Shown: positions 1-9,385 of the stretch, piece after piece
Numbering within the stretch: position 1 is the stretch's first letter
Layout of the letters: the number at the start of each line of letters is the position of its first letter
DNA from: Bacillota bacterium
Lineage (GTDB): Bacteria; Bacillota; UBA4882; UBA8346
Assembly: GCA_023401925.1 (NCBI GenBank)
Contig: JAEXDA010000029.1
Location: forward strand, 1 to 64,000
DNA: 64,000 nt
Direction: 5' to 3'
Made by a program: the position numbers and the translations under genes
The notes under the pieces: model-generated
The model's input: the letters and a program-made list of their open reading frames with translations, nothing else
The model's database searches: none
Told to the model about the DNA's origin: nothing

Positions 1-507
1 GCAAGGAAAGGTCCTGTCAAGGTGAAAAAAGGATGTTTGATTTCATCTCCGCCCCAACGTGAACGATGGGGCTAGGTATATAAAAAACGTTCTAAAGGCC
101 TTTCAGGCCTCGGTGCCTTGTTTTTATCACAGCTTCAGAGCACAGCCTGGAGTATCTTGATATTCCTAAGAAATACGCTGGCATATTTTAGGCTTGTCCG
201 AGGTTTAGAATAATTTTTATTGATGAGTCATTATTATTTTAGCAGCGGTTTCCTGAGCGACGGAGATAATTGGAGTGACTGGGTTCATGGGTGATGTGGG
301 GCAGAGGGGGTGTTATTTCTTTCTTTGGATTGAATATCAGTATTTTCTGGTTCGGACTTTTCGGGGTGAGTTGGGTACTGATGACTCGAGTGAAGAGAGT
401 GCGGTGGAACTGTTGTCAACCCTCCATCTTGCTGGGCTTGTCTCAAAAGGAAATTTGACGAAAGAAATATCCCCGTCGAGGCGCAGCAAGGACAAGGAAA
501 CAAAACA

Positions 508-548
508 ATCAGGGCAATCATTCAAACCGATTGCCCTGGTGTTTTGTA
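508..548. terminator. Putative bidirectional intrinsic terminator: hairpin cagggcaatc...gattgccctg with T-rich tracts on both strands, immediately downstream of the flotillin stop codon
   Basis: Inverted repeat read directly in the sequence with flanking T-runs on both strands. Confidence 0.4.
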
Positions 549-594
549 GATGGCTGCTTTTTGCAAGCAGATTCATTGACTGGTTCTCAGAATG

Positions 595-2055
595 TTATTT
601 GGCTGGAGGATTGGGAGAACTTGTGTTTGGCATCGCTGATTCGGTTTCTTCTTTGGAAGCGCCGGTTTCTTCTGCTGCCGTAGAAGATTCGCCCTTGATT
701 TGTTCCCCCAGGTAATTCGGTAGTTGCAATCCGGCAGTCCGGAATAGTTCATCCAGAGGCGGGATTGATTTGAGCATACCTGCCAAAAAATTGGCGGTCG
801 TCGGTGAGCCGTTATTCCCCATCGAATCCCAAACCGTGATTTTGTCAATTTTTAAATTTTTAATAGCTTCTACTTGGGTTTTAACGATCTCAGGGAGTTT
901 GTCCGCAATCATCAACATAGCGGCTTTATTGGCATCGCCACCGGCTGCTTCGACAATTTTCCGGAAACCATCCGCCTGTTTACTGAGGATTTCATTAATG
1001 CCTCTGGCCCGGGCTTCCATTTCAAGCAGGATTCCATCAGCTTCACCTTTGGCTAAACGGCGGGTTTTCTCGGCCTCGGCTTCAGCGGCGATTTGTACCT
1101 GTTGTTTATCGATTTCAGCGGGGATTACGATATCTGCTGTTCTAGTGGCCCGTTCCCGTTCCGAACGGGCAAGTTCCGCTTCTTGTTCGGCTTGATAGGC
1201 TTCCTCAAGAGATTTGGCGGTTTGGACCTTCTCCGCCGCAGTCGCTTTGCGGTTGGCTTCAGCCTCTTTTTCGCGCCGATCGGCTTCGGAATTGGCAATC
1301 GTTATTTTGGCAAGATTTTCACCTTCAACTGCTTTCGAGTTGGCCAGGGAGACCTGAATCCGCTGGTCCCGCTGAGCGTTGGCCTGACCGATGGAGCCGT
1401 CCCGGTCTTTCTCCGCGACACTCTTTTTAGCGTCATTGATGGCCTTGGCAGCGGCTTCTTTTCCCAATGCTTCGATGTAACCGGATTCGTCTTTGATATC
1501 GGTAACATTGACATTGATGAGTTTTAAACCGATCTTTTTCAACTCAGCTTCAACGTTGTTGGAGACATTGGCGAGGAATTTATCCCGGTCGGAATTGATC
1601 TCTTCAATATCCATGGTGGCGATAACCAGACGGAGTTGACCGAAGATGATATCTTTCGCCAAATCCTGGATGATTTCCAGTTTAAGCCCGAGCAATCTTT
1701 CGGCGGCATTGGTCATTATGCCTTGTTCGGTGGAAATACCTACCGTAAAGCGGGAGGGAACATCGACCCGAATATTTTGTTTACTAAGCGCCTTGGTCAA
1801 ATTGACCTCGATCGAGAAAGGGGTCAGATCCAAGAACTGATAATCCTGAATGACTGGCCAGACAAATGCGGCGCCGCCATGAATGCAAGTTGCCGAGCGG
1901 ACGCTGCCATCCTTGGTCTTGCCGGTCCTGCCGTAGACAACGAGAATTTTGTCTGAGGGACATCGTTTGAAACGCTTGAGCATGGATGCAAAGGTTATAA
2001 AGATTACCACTACAATCACAATAACTAATATCAGAAAGTATTGATCGCCGAACAA
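595..2055 (-). CDS. floT: Flotillin-family (SPFH/band-7) membrane-scaffold protein, FloT/YuaG-like
   Basis: 486 aa. N-terminal transmembrane helix, then an SPFH domain, then a long Ala/Glu-rich coiled-coil region (AEAEAEKTRR...) typical of bacterial flotillins. Tightly downstream of an NfeD-like gene. Confidence 0.8.
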   Translation of the reverse strand: MFGDQYFLILVIVIVVVIFITFASMLKRFKRCPSDKILVVYGRTGKTKDGSVRSATCIHGGAAFVWPVIQDYQFLDLTPFSIEVNLTKALSKQNIRVDVPSRFTVGISTEQGIMTNAAERLLGLKLEIIQDLAKDIIFGQLRLVIATMDIEEINSDRDKFLANVSNNVEAELKKIGLKLINVNVTDIKDESGYIEALGKEAAAKAINDAKKSVAEKDRDGSIGQANAQRDQRIQVSLANSKAVEGENLAKITIANSEADRREKEAEANRKATAAEKVQTAKSLEEAYQAEQEAELARSERERATRTADIVIPAEIDKQQVQIAAEAEAEKTRRLAKGEADGILLEMEARARGINEILSKQADGFRKIVEAAGGDANKAAMLMIADKLPEIVKTQVEAIKNLKIDKITVWDSMGNNGSPTTANFLAGMLKSIPPLDELFRTAGLQLPNYLGEQIKGESSTAAEETGASKEETESAMPNTSSPNPPAK

Positions 2056-2094
2056 TTGCTCAACCTCCTTATATAATAAAGATCATTAACCGGA

Positions 2095-2688
2095 TTACCC
2101 TTTTTTAACCACTAAAATCTGGTCGTTAACAACTTCGGTCACTGTAACCGGTGTGCCGGTGGGTAAGCCGTCTTCCTGGGTCATGGCTTCCATTTCCCGA
2201 ACGGAGCCCTGAATCGTGAGTTGCACTTGTCCCATACCGGACATTTTTCCGGGAATTGGGAGATAGACACGGCCGGGGGCGTTAATGGCGTTGCTCAGAC
2301 GGATATTGCCGCTTTGGGTAAGCTTGGTCATGAAAAAAAGAATTCCCGTTACCGCAAACATTAAGAACGAGCCGACCATAAAAGCAATGAGAACAGTTAC
2401 AATGGGGTTAAAACCGGCGTGAACGGCGAAAATCCCGGCCCATCCGAACCCCGTGAAAAAGATGATGAAGTTACGCAAAGTAAAAAGGCGGAATCCGTCC
2501 ATGGAATCGGCATCGTGATTGACATCAAAACCATCGTGAACATCCAAGTCACTATCATGCCAGTCAATGCCGATCATGGTTAAAATAAGTTGCAACGAAA
2601 AAACAATGGTGAAGGGAATAGCAAAATACCAGAATATTTTTTCGAATGCTGGAATACTGTTCCACCACTGCCCCATTTTGAACGCCAC
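2095..2688 (-). CDS. NfeD-family membrane protein (YuaF-like), the usual flotillin partner
   Basis: 197 aa. Polytopic N-terminal region and a C-terminal soluble beta-rich domain. Operon arrangement with the downstream flotillin mirrors yuaF-yuaG. Confidence 0.65.
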   Translation of the reverse strand: MAFKMGQWWNSIPAFEKIFWYFAIPFTIVFSLQLILTMIGIDWHDSDLDVHDGFDVNHDADSMDGFRLFTLRNFIIFFTGFGWAGIFAVHAGFNPIVTVLIAFMVGSFLMFAVTGILFFMTKLTQSGNIRLSNAINAPGRVYLPIPGKMSGMGQVQLTIQGSVREMEAMTQEDGLPTGTPVTVTEVVNDQILVVKKG

Positions 2689-2831
2689 CTTTCGTATGAT
2701 CCGGTACTAATTTTAATTTCACCATTTTTTATATATTTCCTCCTTTATGAGCTATTTCGGAACCAATGGAAGGAAATGGTCTGGAAAAGGTGAATACTAA
2801 ATCCAAGAAAAATTGGATCTAGGTGATTGTC

Positions 2832-4550
2832 ATGTCGCGCATCATCGGGATTGATGTTGGCGGTACCAACACCAACGCCGCATTACTGGAAGAGGGGCGT
2901 CTTGTTAACACCGCCCAATGCCCCACGAATCATCAGAACTTACTCGATAGTACACGAACCGTTTTAGAGGAAATCCTTCAGGCGAATTCCCAATCCAAAC
3001 CGAAAGATTTAAGCCTTCATCTTAGTACAACCTTAACGACCAATGCCGTCGCGGAAGGGCGGGGTGAACCTGCGGCGGCTATCGTCTCTCCGGGCCCCGG
3101 CGTGAGCCTTGCCGATATGGAGTTTCCATTCCCCGTATATCCTGTGAACGGTTCCATCGATCACCGGGGCCGTGAAACGGCGCCCCTGGAATTGGACCAA
3201 GTACGGCAAGCAATGGGGACAATCGCGGAAAAAGGATTCCGGACCCTGGCGATCATCGGTAAATTTGCGGTTCGTAATCCCCAACACGAATTGGCGATGG
3301 AAAAATTGGCCCGGGCGGAATTTCCCGACATTACCCAGGTGAGCTTGGGACACCGGCTGTCCGGAAGACTTAATTTTCCCCGTCGTGTAACTACGGCGTT
3401 GCTGAATGCCGGCATCGCCCATATTCAGTCGGATTTTGCCGGTATGATTAGGAAACTCGCCCATGATTACGGTATTGACGATCAAGTATCTCTTTTAAAA
3501 GCCGATGGCGGGACGATGAGCCTGGAAGAATCACAGGTCCGCCCGATTGAAACCGTGCTTTCCGGACCGGCCGCCAGTATTATGGGCGCGCTGGCTTTGG
3601 GAGATTTCGGTCATCAAACAACCGTAACCTTGGATATTGGAGGAACCACCACGGAGATTTCCGTTTTGGTGGAAGGAGAACCGCTGGGGGAGCGGGATGG
3701 AGCCATCATCGCCGGATACCGGACTTTAGTGCCCTCTTTGCTCACCCGCTCCTTCGGTTTAGGCGGAGACAGCCGGGTTTATTGGTCGGAACGGAAATTG
3801 CAAATCGGTCCGGAACGGGAAGGTCCGCCGTTTTGCTTGGGAGGGCCGGTTTTAACTCCAACCGACGCAGTGGTGGCTTTGGGTGAAACCTCCTTTGGGG
3901 ACAGGAAAAAAGCCCTTGAGGGACTGGAAGGTTTGGGAAAAGAAGCGGGACTCAATCCGCTGGGCTTAGCCGAAAAGATTATCGGGGAGTTTTGTGATAA
4001 AGCGCTGCATGGAATCGGGGAAGTATTGGATTATCTGAACCGGATACCGGTCTATACCGTGTCCGAAGTGCTGGCGCCCCGTGACTTGAAGCCCGCTAAA
4101 ATTATTGGAATGGGAGGCCCCGCCGGTTATTTCATTCCTAAAATCGCAGCCAAAGTGGGCCTTGACTATCAGGTATTACCCTATGCCGAAGCGGCCAACG
4201 CCATCGGCGCGGCGGCCAGCCGTCCGACTGCGGCCATTCATTTGCGGGCGGATACGGCCTTGGGAAAAGTCGTTATCCCGGAACTGGATGAAATAATGGA
4301 AATTGGAGGGAGTATGCTTTTCGACCGAAAGCAGGCCCGGGCTTTGGCGCTGGAAAAAGCGGCTCTTTATGCCGAAAAGACCGGAGCCTGCCCCGGATGC
4401 CCGGATATCGAAATTACCGATGAAGAAGTGTTTAATGTAGTTCGGGGATTTCATACGACGGGGCGGATCTATTCCCTTACAGCACAGGTTAGACCGGGAG
4501 TTTTTCCGGTTCAAGTTGGAGCCGGAAGAAAGAAGGGATCATCCAAATGA
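2832..4550 (+). CDS. Hydantoinase/oxoprolinase-family (ASKHA-fold) protein
   Basis: N-terminus IIGIDVGGTNTNAALL matches the hydantoinase_A / oxoprolinase GIDVGGTFTD motif. About 570 aa. AGGTGA ribosome-binding site 5 nt upstream of the ATG at 2832; the listed six-frame ORF begins at a GTG at 2823. Confidence 0.65.
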   Translation: MSRIIGIDVGGTNTNAALLEEGRLVNTAQCPTNHQNLLDSTRTVLEEILQANSQSKPKDLSLHLSTTLTTNAVAEGRGEPAAAIVSPGPGVSLADMEFPFPVYPVNGSIDHRGRETAPLELDQVRQAMGTIAEKGFRTLAIIGKFAVRNPQHELAMEKLARAEFPDITQVSLGHRLSGRLNFPRRVTTALLNAGIAHIQSDFAGMIRKLAHDYGIDDQVSLLKADGGTMSLEESQVRPIETVLSGPAASIMGALALGDFGHQTTVTLDIGGTTTEISVLVEGEPLGERDGAIIAGYRTLVPSLLTRSFGLGGDSRVYWSERKLQIGPEREGPPFCLGGPVLTPTDAVVALGETSFGDRKKALEGLEGLGKEAGLNPLGLAEKIIGEFCDKALHGIGEVLDYLNRIPVYTVSEVLAPRDLKPAKIIGMGGPAGYFIPKIAAKVGLDYQVLPYAEAANAIGAAASRPTAAIHLRADTALGKVVIPELDEIMEIGGSMLFDRKQARALALEKAALYAEKTGACPGCPDIEITDEEVFNVVRGFHTTGRIYSLTAQVRPGVFPVQVGAGRKKGSSK

Positions 4551-5875
4551 GAAGCGCCGCTAAACGATTGGGACTGGTTTTTTTCCCCGCTTTCGACTGG
4601 GCCATCAGTGCGGATCATCCGGAACGGGAAGAACGGTTGCTTTATACCCGGGATCAGATCCTGGAAGAAGGTTTACTGGACATCCCCGGGCTGGTGGAAT
4701 ATAATCCGGGAGTCGCCGGGGAACAGGATATCCAGCGGGCCCACATCTGTATTCCCGATGTGAAAACGGTTGTCACCAAGTCCCATCGGGTGGCTGCCGG
4801 AGGCACTATTACGGCAGCTGAAAAAGTCATGAAACATGAAGTGGAACGCGCTTTTGCATTGCTGCGACCCCCCGGGCACCATTCCCACCGGTTGGTTCAT
4901 GGTTCCCGCGGTTTTTGCGCCATTAATAACGAAGCCATTATGATTGAACATTTACGGCATGTTTACGACAGTCATTTGAAAATCGCTATTGTCGACACGG
5001 ATGCCCATCATGCCGACGGTAGCCAGGATATTTATTACAATGACCCGGATGTGTTACATATCTGCATGCATCAGGATGGGCGCACCCTCTATCCCGGAAC
5101 CGGCGATGTGAGCGAACTGGGAGGGCCGGGGGCCTATGGATTGACGCTCAATGTCCCCTTGCCGCCGGAAAGCGGCGACAGTGAGATTTTGTACGTACTG
5201 GAACATTTGGTTTTGCCGGTGCTGGAGGATTTTAGACCGGACATCGTGATCAATGCCGCCGGACAGGATAATCATTATACGGACCCCTTAACCAATATGA
5301 ACGTAACCGCCCAAGGCTATGCCAGGCTGACGGAATTGCTCCAGCCGGATATCGTGGTTTTGGAAGGCGGTTATTCCATTGAAGGAGCCTTGCCATATGT
5401 CAATGCCGGATTAATCCTGGCTTTGGCGGGTCTCGACTATTCGGCGGTCCGGGAACCCCATGCCCAGCCTGGGGAGGCCCCAAAGGAAGTGAAGGAAGCG
5501 GTCCGGAGGACGGTGGGCTTTTTGCAGGAGGTGTGGCACAAACGCGGTGAGCTGGATTTGGACAGGATCTTTGGCTCAGGACCGGTTTTCAAACGCCAGC
5601 GGCGCATCTATTACGATACCGATGAGATCACGGAAGAGCAGAAGGAAGAAATCCGGCGTTGCCCTGATTGCAGCGGTTACCGGGTCATTATTTCCGCTGC
5701 CGACAAATATCACCGTAAGGGAAACCGGATTGGAGCCGTGTTAATCCCGTGGCATGCCTGCGACCAATGCCGCAAGGAAGCCGAAGAGGCTTTTGAACGG
5801 CTGAGATCCCAAAAGGAATTGGAATATGTGTATTTACAGGATGTAGAGGGAGATCGTTATTGGGTCAATAGTTGA
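4547..5875 (+). CDS. Histone-deacetylase-superfamily (AcuC/AphA-like) amidohydrolase with a C-terminal CxxC...CxxC zinc ribbon
   Basis: IVDTDAHHADGSQDIYY...HICMHQD and LEGGYS motifs match the HDAC Zn/active-site signature. C-terminal CPDCSGYR...CDQCRKE. Start overlaps the upstream stop (ATGA). Confidence 0.75.
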   Translation: MRSAAKRLGLVFFPAFDWAISADHPEREERLLYTRDQILEEGLLDIPGLVEYNPGVAGEQDIQRAHICIPDVKTVVTKSHRVAAGGTITAAEKVMKHEVERAFALLRPPGHHSHRLVHGSRGFCAINNEAIMIEHLRHVYDSHLKIAIVDTDAHHADGSQDIYYNDPDVLHICMHQDGRTLYPGTGDVSELGGPGAYGLTLNVPLPPESGDSEILYVLEHLVLPVLEDFRPDIVINAAGQDNHYTDPLTNMNVTAQGYARLTELLQPDIVVLEGGYSIEGALPYVNAGLILALAGLDYSAVREPHAQPGEAPKEVKEAVRRTVGFLQEVWHKRGELDLDRIFGSGPVFKRQRRIYYDTDEITEEQKEEIRRCPDCSGYRVIISAADKYHRKGNRIGAVLIPWHACDQCRKEAEEAFERLRSQKELEYVYLQDVEGDRYWVNS

Positions 5876-5904
5876 AATCATCAATGTCGGCTCGATTGGC
5901 GAAG

Positions 5905-6300
5905 AACGACCTCTCCCCGGCCCCAATGTCATCAAGGGATAATTCCATATTTTGTAAGGATTCCAATTGCCTATTTTGACCTCACCCCGCCCTCTCCGGC
6001 AATGCAACTCAGAGAAGCAAATTCACGGCGAGGGATGTTAGAGCAGTAAACTTGGGCCTTTTTAAAAGCCAAAAATTTGAAGCCTAAAAGATTGGCACGA
6101 ATTTCATTCGATACACCTCTCCCCGTCGAATAGCCGTCATTGAAACCGCGCGCGACTTCGCCGGGGAGAGGCCGGGTGAGAGGTCGGCATTTAGATCCGA
6201 GAGTTTTGGGAAGTTTCTCCATGATAGCCGGATGACATTGACCCCGGCCCTCTCCTAACGAAATCATTTCAAAAGAAGCGGTTTCAAGGAGAGGGATGAC
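5905..6300. repeat. Cluster of at least 6 short GC-rich repeats (core ~CCTCTCCCCGGCC / GGCCGGGGAGAGG) in both orientations within a ~600 bp noncoding gap
   Basis: Motifs read at ~5918, ~5980, ~6115, ~6165-6195 (inverted, doubled), ~6238 and ~6285. No convincing ORF on either strand. Confidence 0.45.
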
Positions 6301-6481
6301 GGAGCAGGAAAATTTGTTTTTTTGTCTGATGTTTCAAAGAAAAAGAGCATAAACCATTTGCCGAGGAAGAGTGTCCAATTTTGCTCTTTGAAGCGGATAC
6401 CACTTTAAACACGGGAAATGTCAAAGATGCTTTTACCAAAGAGAATTTGGAGTGGATATAGTTCAGGCGGGAGTCTGTATA

Positions 6482-7300
6482 CTACAAGGCTTCATACGTC
6501 TCCTTCAGCAACAACGCATCCTTTTCCAGAATCGGACTTTCACAAATGATGCAGCCCTTCACATCAAAATCTTTCAGCGCTTTCAGACAGGCGGAATATT
6601 GGAAATCACTTTCTTTAAACTCCAGGTGGTTTCTCTCCCCTTTGGGAGTATACTGAATGCCGGAGAGATGAATGTGCATATCGTTTAAAGCTTCTTGACC
6701 CAAACCTTCCTTGATTTTAGAAAGCAGGAGGGCAAAGTCGTCGTAATTTTTGAGGGCTCCATTGCCTCTGGCGTGAATATGGGCAAAATCCACACAAAGG
6801 CGGCAATTGGGCACTTCCTTGCATAAAGAGATCAGCTCGTCCAGACTCCCGAATTGAGTGGGTTTCCCGGTAGTCTCCAGCCTATAGTTCACTCCCAGGT
6901 CGGGTAGTTTCAGCAAGTTATCTTTAATCGTGGTATAAGTATCCGCCGGAGAATCACTTAAATAAAAACCGGCGTGAAATATCAAGCTTCTGCCGCCGAC
7001 CGATTCCAAAGCTTTTGCACCCTTGATAATTCTTTCCAGGGACTGTTCCTGCTTTTCAAGTTCATCGGCATTGAGATTGACGAAGTAAGAACCATGGGCG
7101 GAGAGATAGAAATCATTGGCCTTTTTTTCTTCGAATATTTCATCCTTGTTTTTGGCAGTCACATTGACGTTGCGGACAAAGGGAAGCTCCATGGCGTCAA
7201 GGCCGATGGACTTTAAATAGGTGATCCCGCTTTTATAGTTAAATTTGACACTGCCGTCTCCCAACGGGAGACCGGAGATGCCAAACAATAAACGATCCAT
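6482..7300 (-). CDS. AP endonuclease family 2 (endonuclease IV/Nfo-like) or xylose-isomerase-like TIM-barrel protein
   Basis: Metal-ligand pattern SAHGSY / IFHAGFY / LETTGKP / CVDFAHIHARG / DMHIHLSGIQ resembles the Nfo His/Glu/Asp ligand set. 272 aa. Confidence 0.5.
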   Translation of the reverse strand: MDRLLFGISGLPLGDGSVKFNYKSGITYLKSIGLDAMELPFVRNVNVTAKNKDEIFEEKKANDFYLSAHGSYFVNLNADELEKQEQSLERIIKGAKALESVGGRSLIFHAGFYLSDSPADTYTTIKDNLLKLPDLGVNYRLETTGKPTQFGSLDELISLCKEVPNCRLCVDFAHIHARGNGALKNYDDFALLLSKIKEGLGQEALNDMHIHLSGIQYTPKGERNHLEFKESDFQYSACLKALKDFDVKGCIICESPILEKDALLLKETYEAL

Positions 7301-7447
7301 CGTTTACTCCTTCAATTTCATTTTCTCCGATCTTATCATGATTGATTTCAAAGATCAAATGATCTTTAAAAGAAAAGCTTAAGACATTAACTTTTATAGC
7401 CAATGATTTGATATCTCGGAATAATGGATGATGCCGGAGTATAAATC

Positions 7448-9205
7448 TTATTTCAGCCGGATAAAGGCCTTAAAATTCATAGAATTGATACGAATATCGT
7501 CATTGGCCAAATCCTTTTGCCCATAAATGGAGTCGAAGTTATAAAGAACTTGAACCCGTTTATTTTCGTCCGAAAATGTAATCTGCTTTTCTTGCGGCGG
7601 GTTGCCGTTTTTAAAGAACTGACCTGCAATACCGGATACTTTTTTTCGATAAATTTCATGATTTTGAACGGCAATCATGAGTTCCTGAGTATTTAAATTA
7701 TAGATGATCAGGATTTTACTCCCCGGATCCGTCTTGCTAATAGGGGTCTGGGGAATATCGATGTAATAATCAAAACCGCGAATATTGGTTAATTGGCCAT
7801 TTTTGGGGTTTTGATATTGGTAACTGAAGAAAGATTTCCCATCGCGGTCGGGGGAGGCATCCGGATCCCATTGAAACCCAAAAACCTTTGCCATTTCACC
7901 CAGCTTGAAATTTTCCGGCAGGCATTTTAAATCATGAAGGCTATGGGAATATTTGAAGTAGGTCAGGAGGGAAATGATTTGGGCCTTCTCTTCCGGAGTG
8001 ATGGGACGGTTCGGTTTCGCCAGCTTTTCACCATCGATCATGTTATATTTCATTAAGATAGCTGTGAACCGTCTGTTTTGATCCCATTTCGATATGGAAT
8101 AAGCGCTCCAAGGGCCAATGACTGAGAAAACCGCTAAAAAGGCAAGGGAAACCGGTAAGAAAATGTTGCGGACTTTTTTCGCCAACAAATAATAAAGCAT
8201 CCAGCCGGTGATCCACAAGCCGGCGATGACAACAAAATAGCGGCTCTCAGTGGTGCCGTAGGCACGAATGCGAATGCCCATCGCCAAAAACATCATGGCC
8301 AGCAATGGCAGGAGTAACCCGGGGAAAGTTACCAGCAGTTTTTGGAGCCACTTTATCTTGGAATGCAGGAGGTAAATGCAGAAAAATACCCCGCTGCAAA
8401 TAAGACCATACCAAAGCACCAGATTGGAAACAATTCCTGCCGGCCAGCTCCGGACGATGATAATCTTTACAAAATAAACGTACAAAATTACGGAATAGAT
8501 GATAATCATCGGAACAACGATATAAAGGAACAGTATTTTCAGGACTTTGGGGTAACTATCAATGTCGAATTCACTTTCCAAAAGCGGAATTTCAGCCAGG
8601 AAATAGGCTGGAGCGAAAATACCGGCAACAACAAGCCATACATCAAAATAAATGACTCCTTTTAGGGAGATAGCAAATAACATGTTCACCGTGAAAACGA
8701 TTGAGCCGATGCCAAGGTAAAGAACAGCAGCATAAAAGTAAGTGATCAAAAAACGGATCAGGATTTCCACACAATAAAGCTCAAAGTGATCTCTCCGGAA
8801 AAAATAGGGGATAAAAAGGAAAATGAGATAAAATGCAAGGGTCAAAGCAAGATATCGGGACAGGGGAACCATCGAGAAATTCGGAAGTCCATAGCAAAAA
8901 TATAAAAGGAGCCCGGTGGCGGTTCCAAGATAGAGGATGATTTTTAATCCCAGATGCAGCTTAGTCAATCTTTCCATCAGAAGCCGGATTCCTAAAGTAA
9001 GTGGAATACCCAAAGCCAGCACCGCAGCCAGCCTATTTAAATTATTCCGGATCGTTGTTGTATTGTCCAAGGACCCTGAATGATTGAGGAATATTAGTAC
9101 CATTACCGTCAGGGTGGCAAGGAGAATGGCTTCCGGAAAACGATGGAGACCTCTTAACAATTTATCCAGAGACGACTCGATTGTCGAGGCAATTTTTTTA
9201 AACAT
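7448..9205 (-). CDS. Polytopic membrane protein with a C-terminal soluble domain (possibly DUF4153-like), function unknown
   Basis: 585 aa. About 12 hydrophobic helices in the first ~400 aa, followed by a hydrophilic tail. Confidence 0.4.
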   Translation of the reverse strand: MFKKIASTIESSLDKLLRGLHRFPEAILLATLTVMVLIFLNHSGSLDNTTTIRNNLNRLAAVLALGIPLTLGIRLLMERLTKLHLGLKIILYLGTATGLLLYFCYGLPNFSMVPLSRYLALTLAFYLIFLFIPYFFRRDHFELYCVEILIRFLITYFYAAVLYLGIGSIVFTVNMLFAISLKGVIYFDVWLVVAGIFAPAYFLAEIPLLESEFDIDSYPKVLKILFLYIVVPMIIIYSVILYVYFVKIIIVRSWPAGIVSNLVLWYGLICSGVFFCIYLLHSKIKWLQKLLVTFPGLLLPLLAMMFLAMGIRIRAYGTTESRYFVVIAGLWITGWMLYYLLAKKVRNIFLPVSLAFLAVFSVIGPWSAYSISKWDQNRRFTAILMKYNMIDGEKLAKPNRPITPEEKAQIISLLTYFKYSHSLHDLKCLPENFKLGEMAKVFGFQWDPDASPDRDGKSFFSYQYQNPKNGQLTNIRGFDYYIDIPQTPISKTDPGSKILIIYNLNTQELMIAVQNHEIYRKKVSGIAGQFFKNGNPPQEKQITFSDENKRVQVLYNFDSIYGQKDLANDDIRINSMNFKAFIRLK

Positions 9206-9385
9206 GATCCGCGCCCGGCCTCCCCCATATCAAATTATAATCAAGTACGGATGGATATTTGACAGTTGATTTCTATTCGCCAAGGGAAGCACAAATTCCT
9301 TTTTTATCCAATCAATACAAAACCTATCCTTTTAATAAAAGTTGGGGTATTCCCACGTTGAACCAGTCCCTTTACCGGTTTGATT

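Noticed and set aside
275-1527. Multiple 60-146 aa ORFs overlapping or antisense to the flotillin gene (for example 275-715+, 770-1195+, 1093-1527+)
   Set aside because: They lie entirely antisense to, or in the shadow of, a well-supported 486-aa flotillin CDS. They are low-complexity translations of its Ala/Glu-rich coiled-coil region with no ribosome-binding sites.
3033-3485. Antisense ORFs within the hydantoinase-like, SbcC, UxaA, GH30 and MCP genes (numerous 60-150 aa entries in the six-frame track)
   Set aside because: They are nested inside longer, motif-supported CDSs on the opposite strand or in an alternative frame. No independent start signals or conserved motifs were seen.
5905-6300. 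Possible CRISPR array or small coding gene (minus-strand ORF 5971-6267, 98 aa)
   Set aside because: The repeats are irregularly spaced, occur in both orientations and have no unique spacers. The ORF merely translates the GC-rich repeats into a low-complexity GEGRG-like peptide with no start context.
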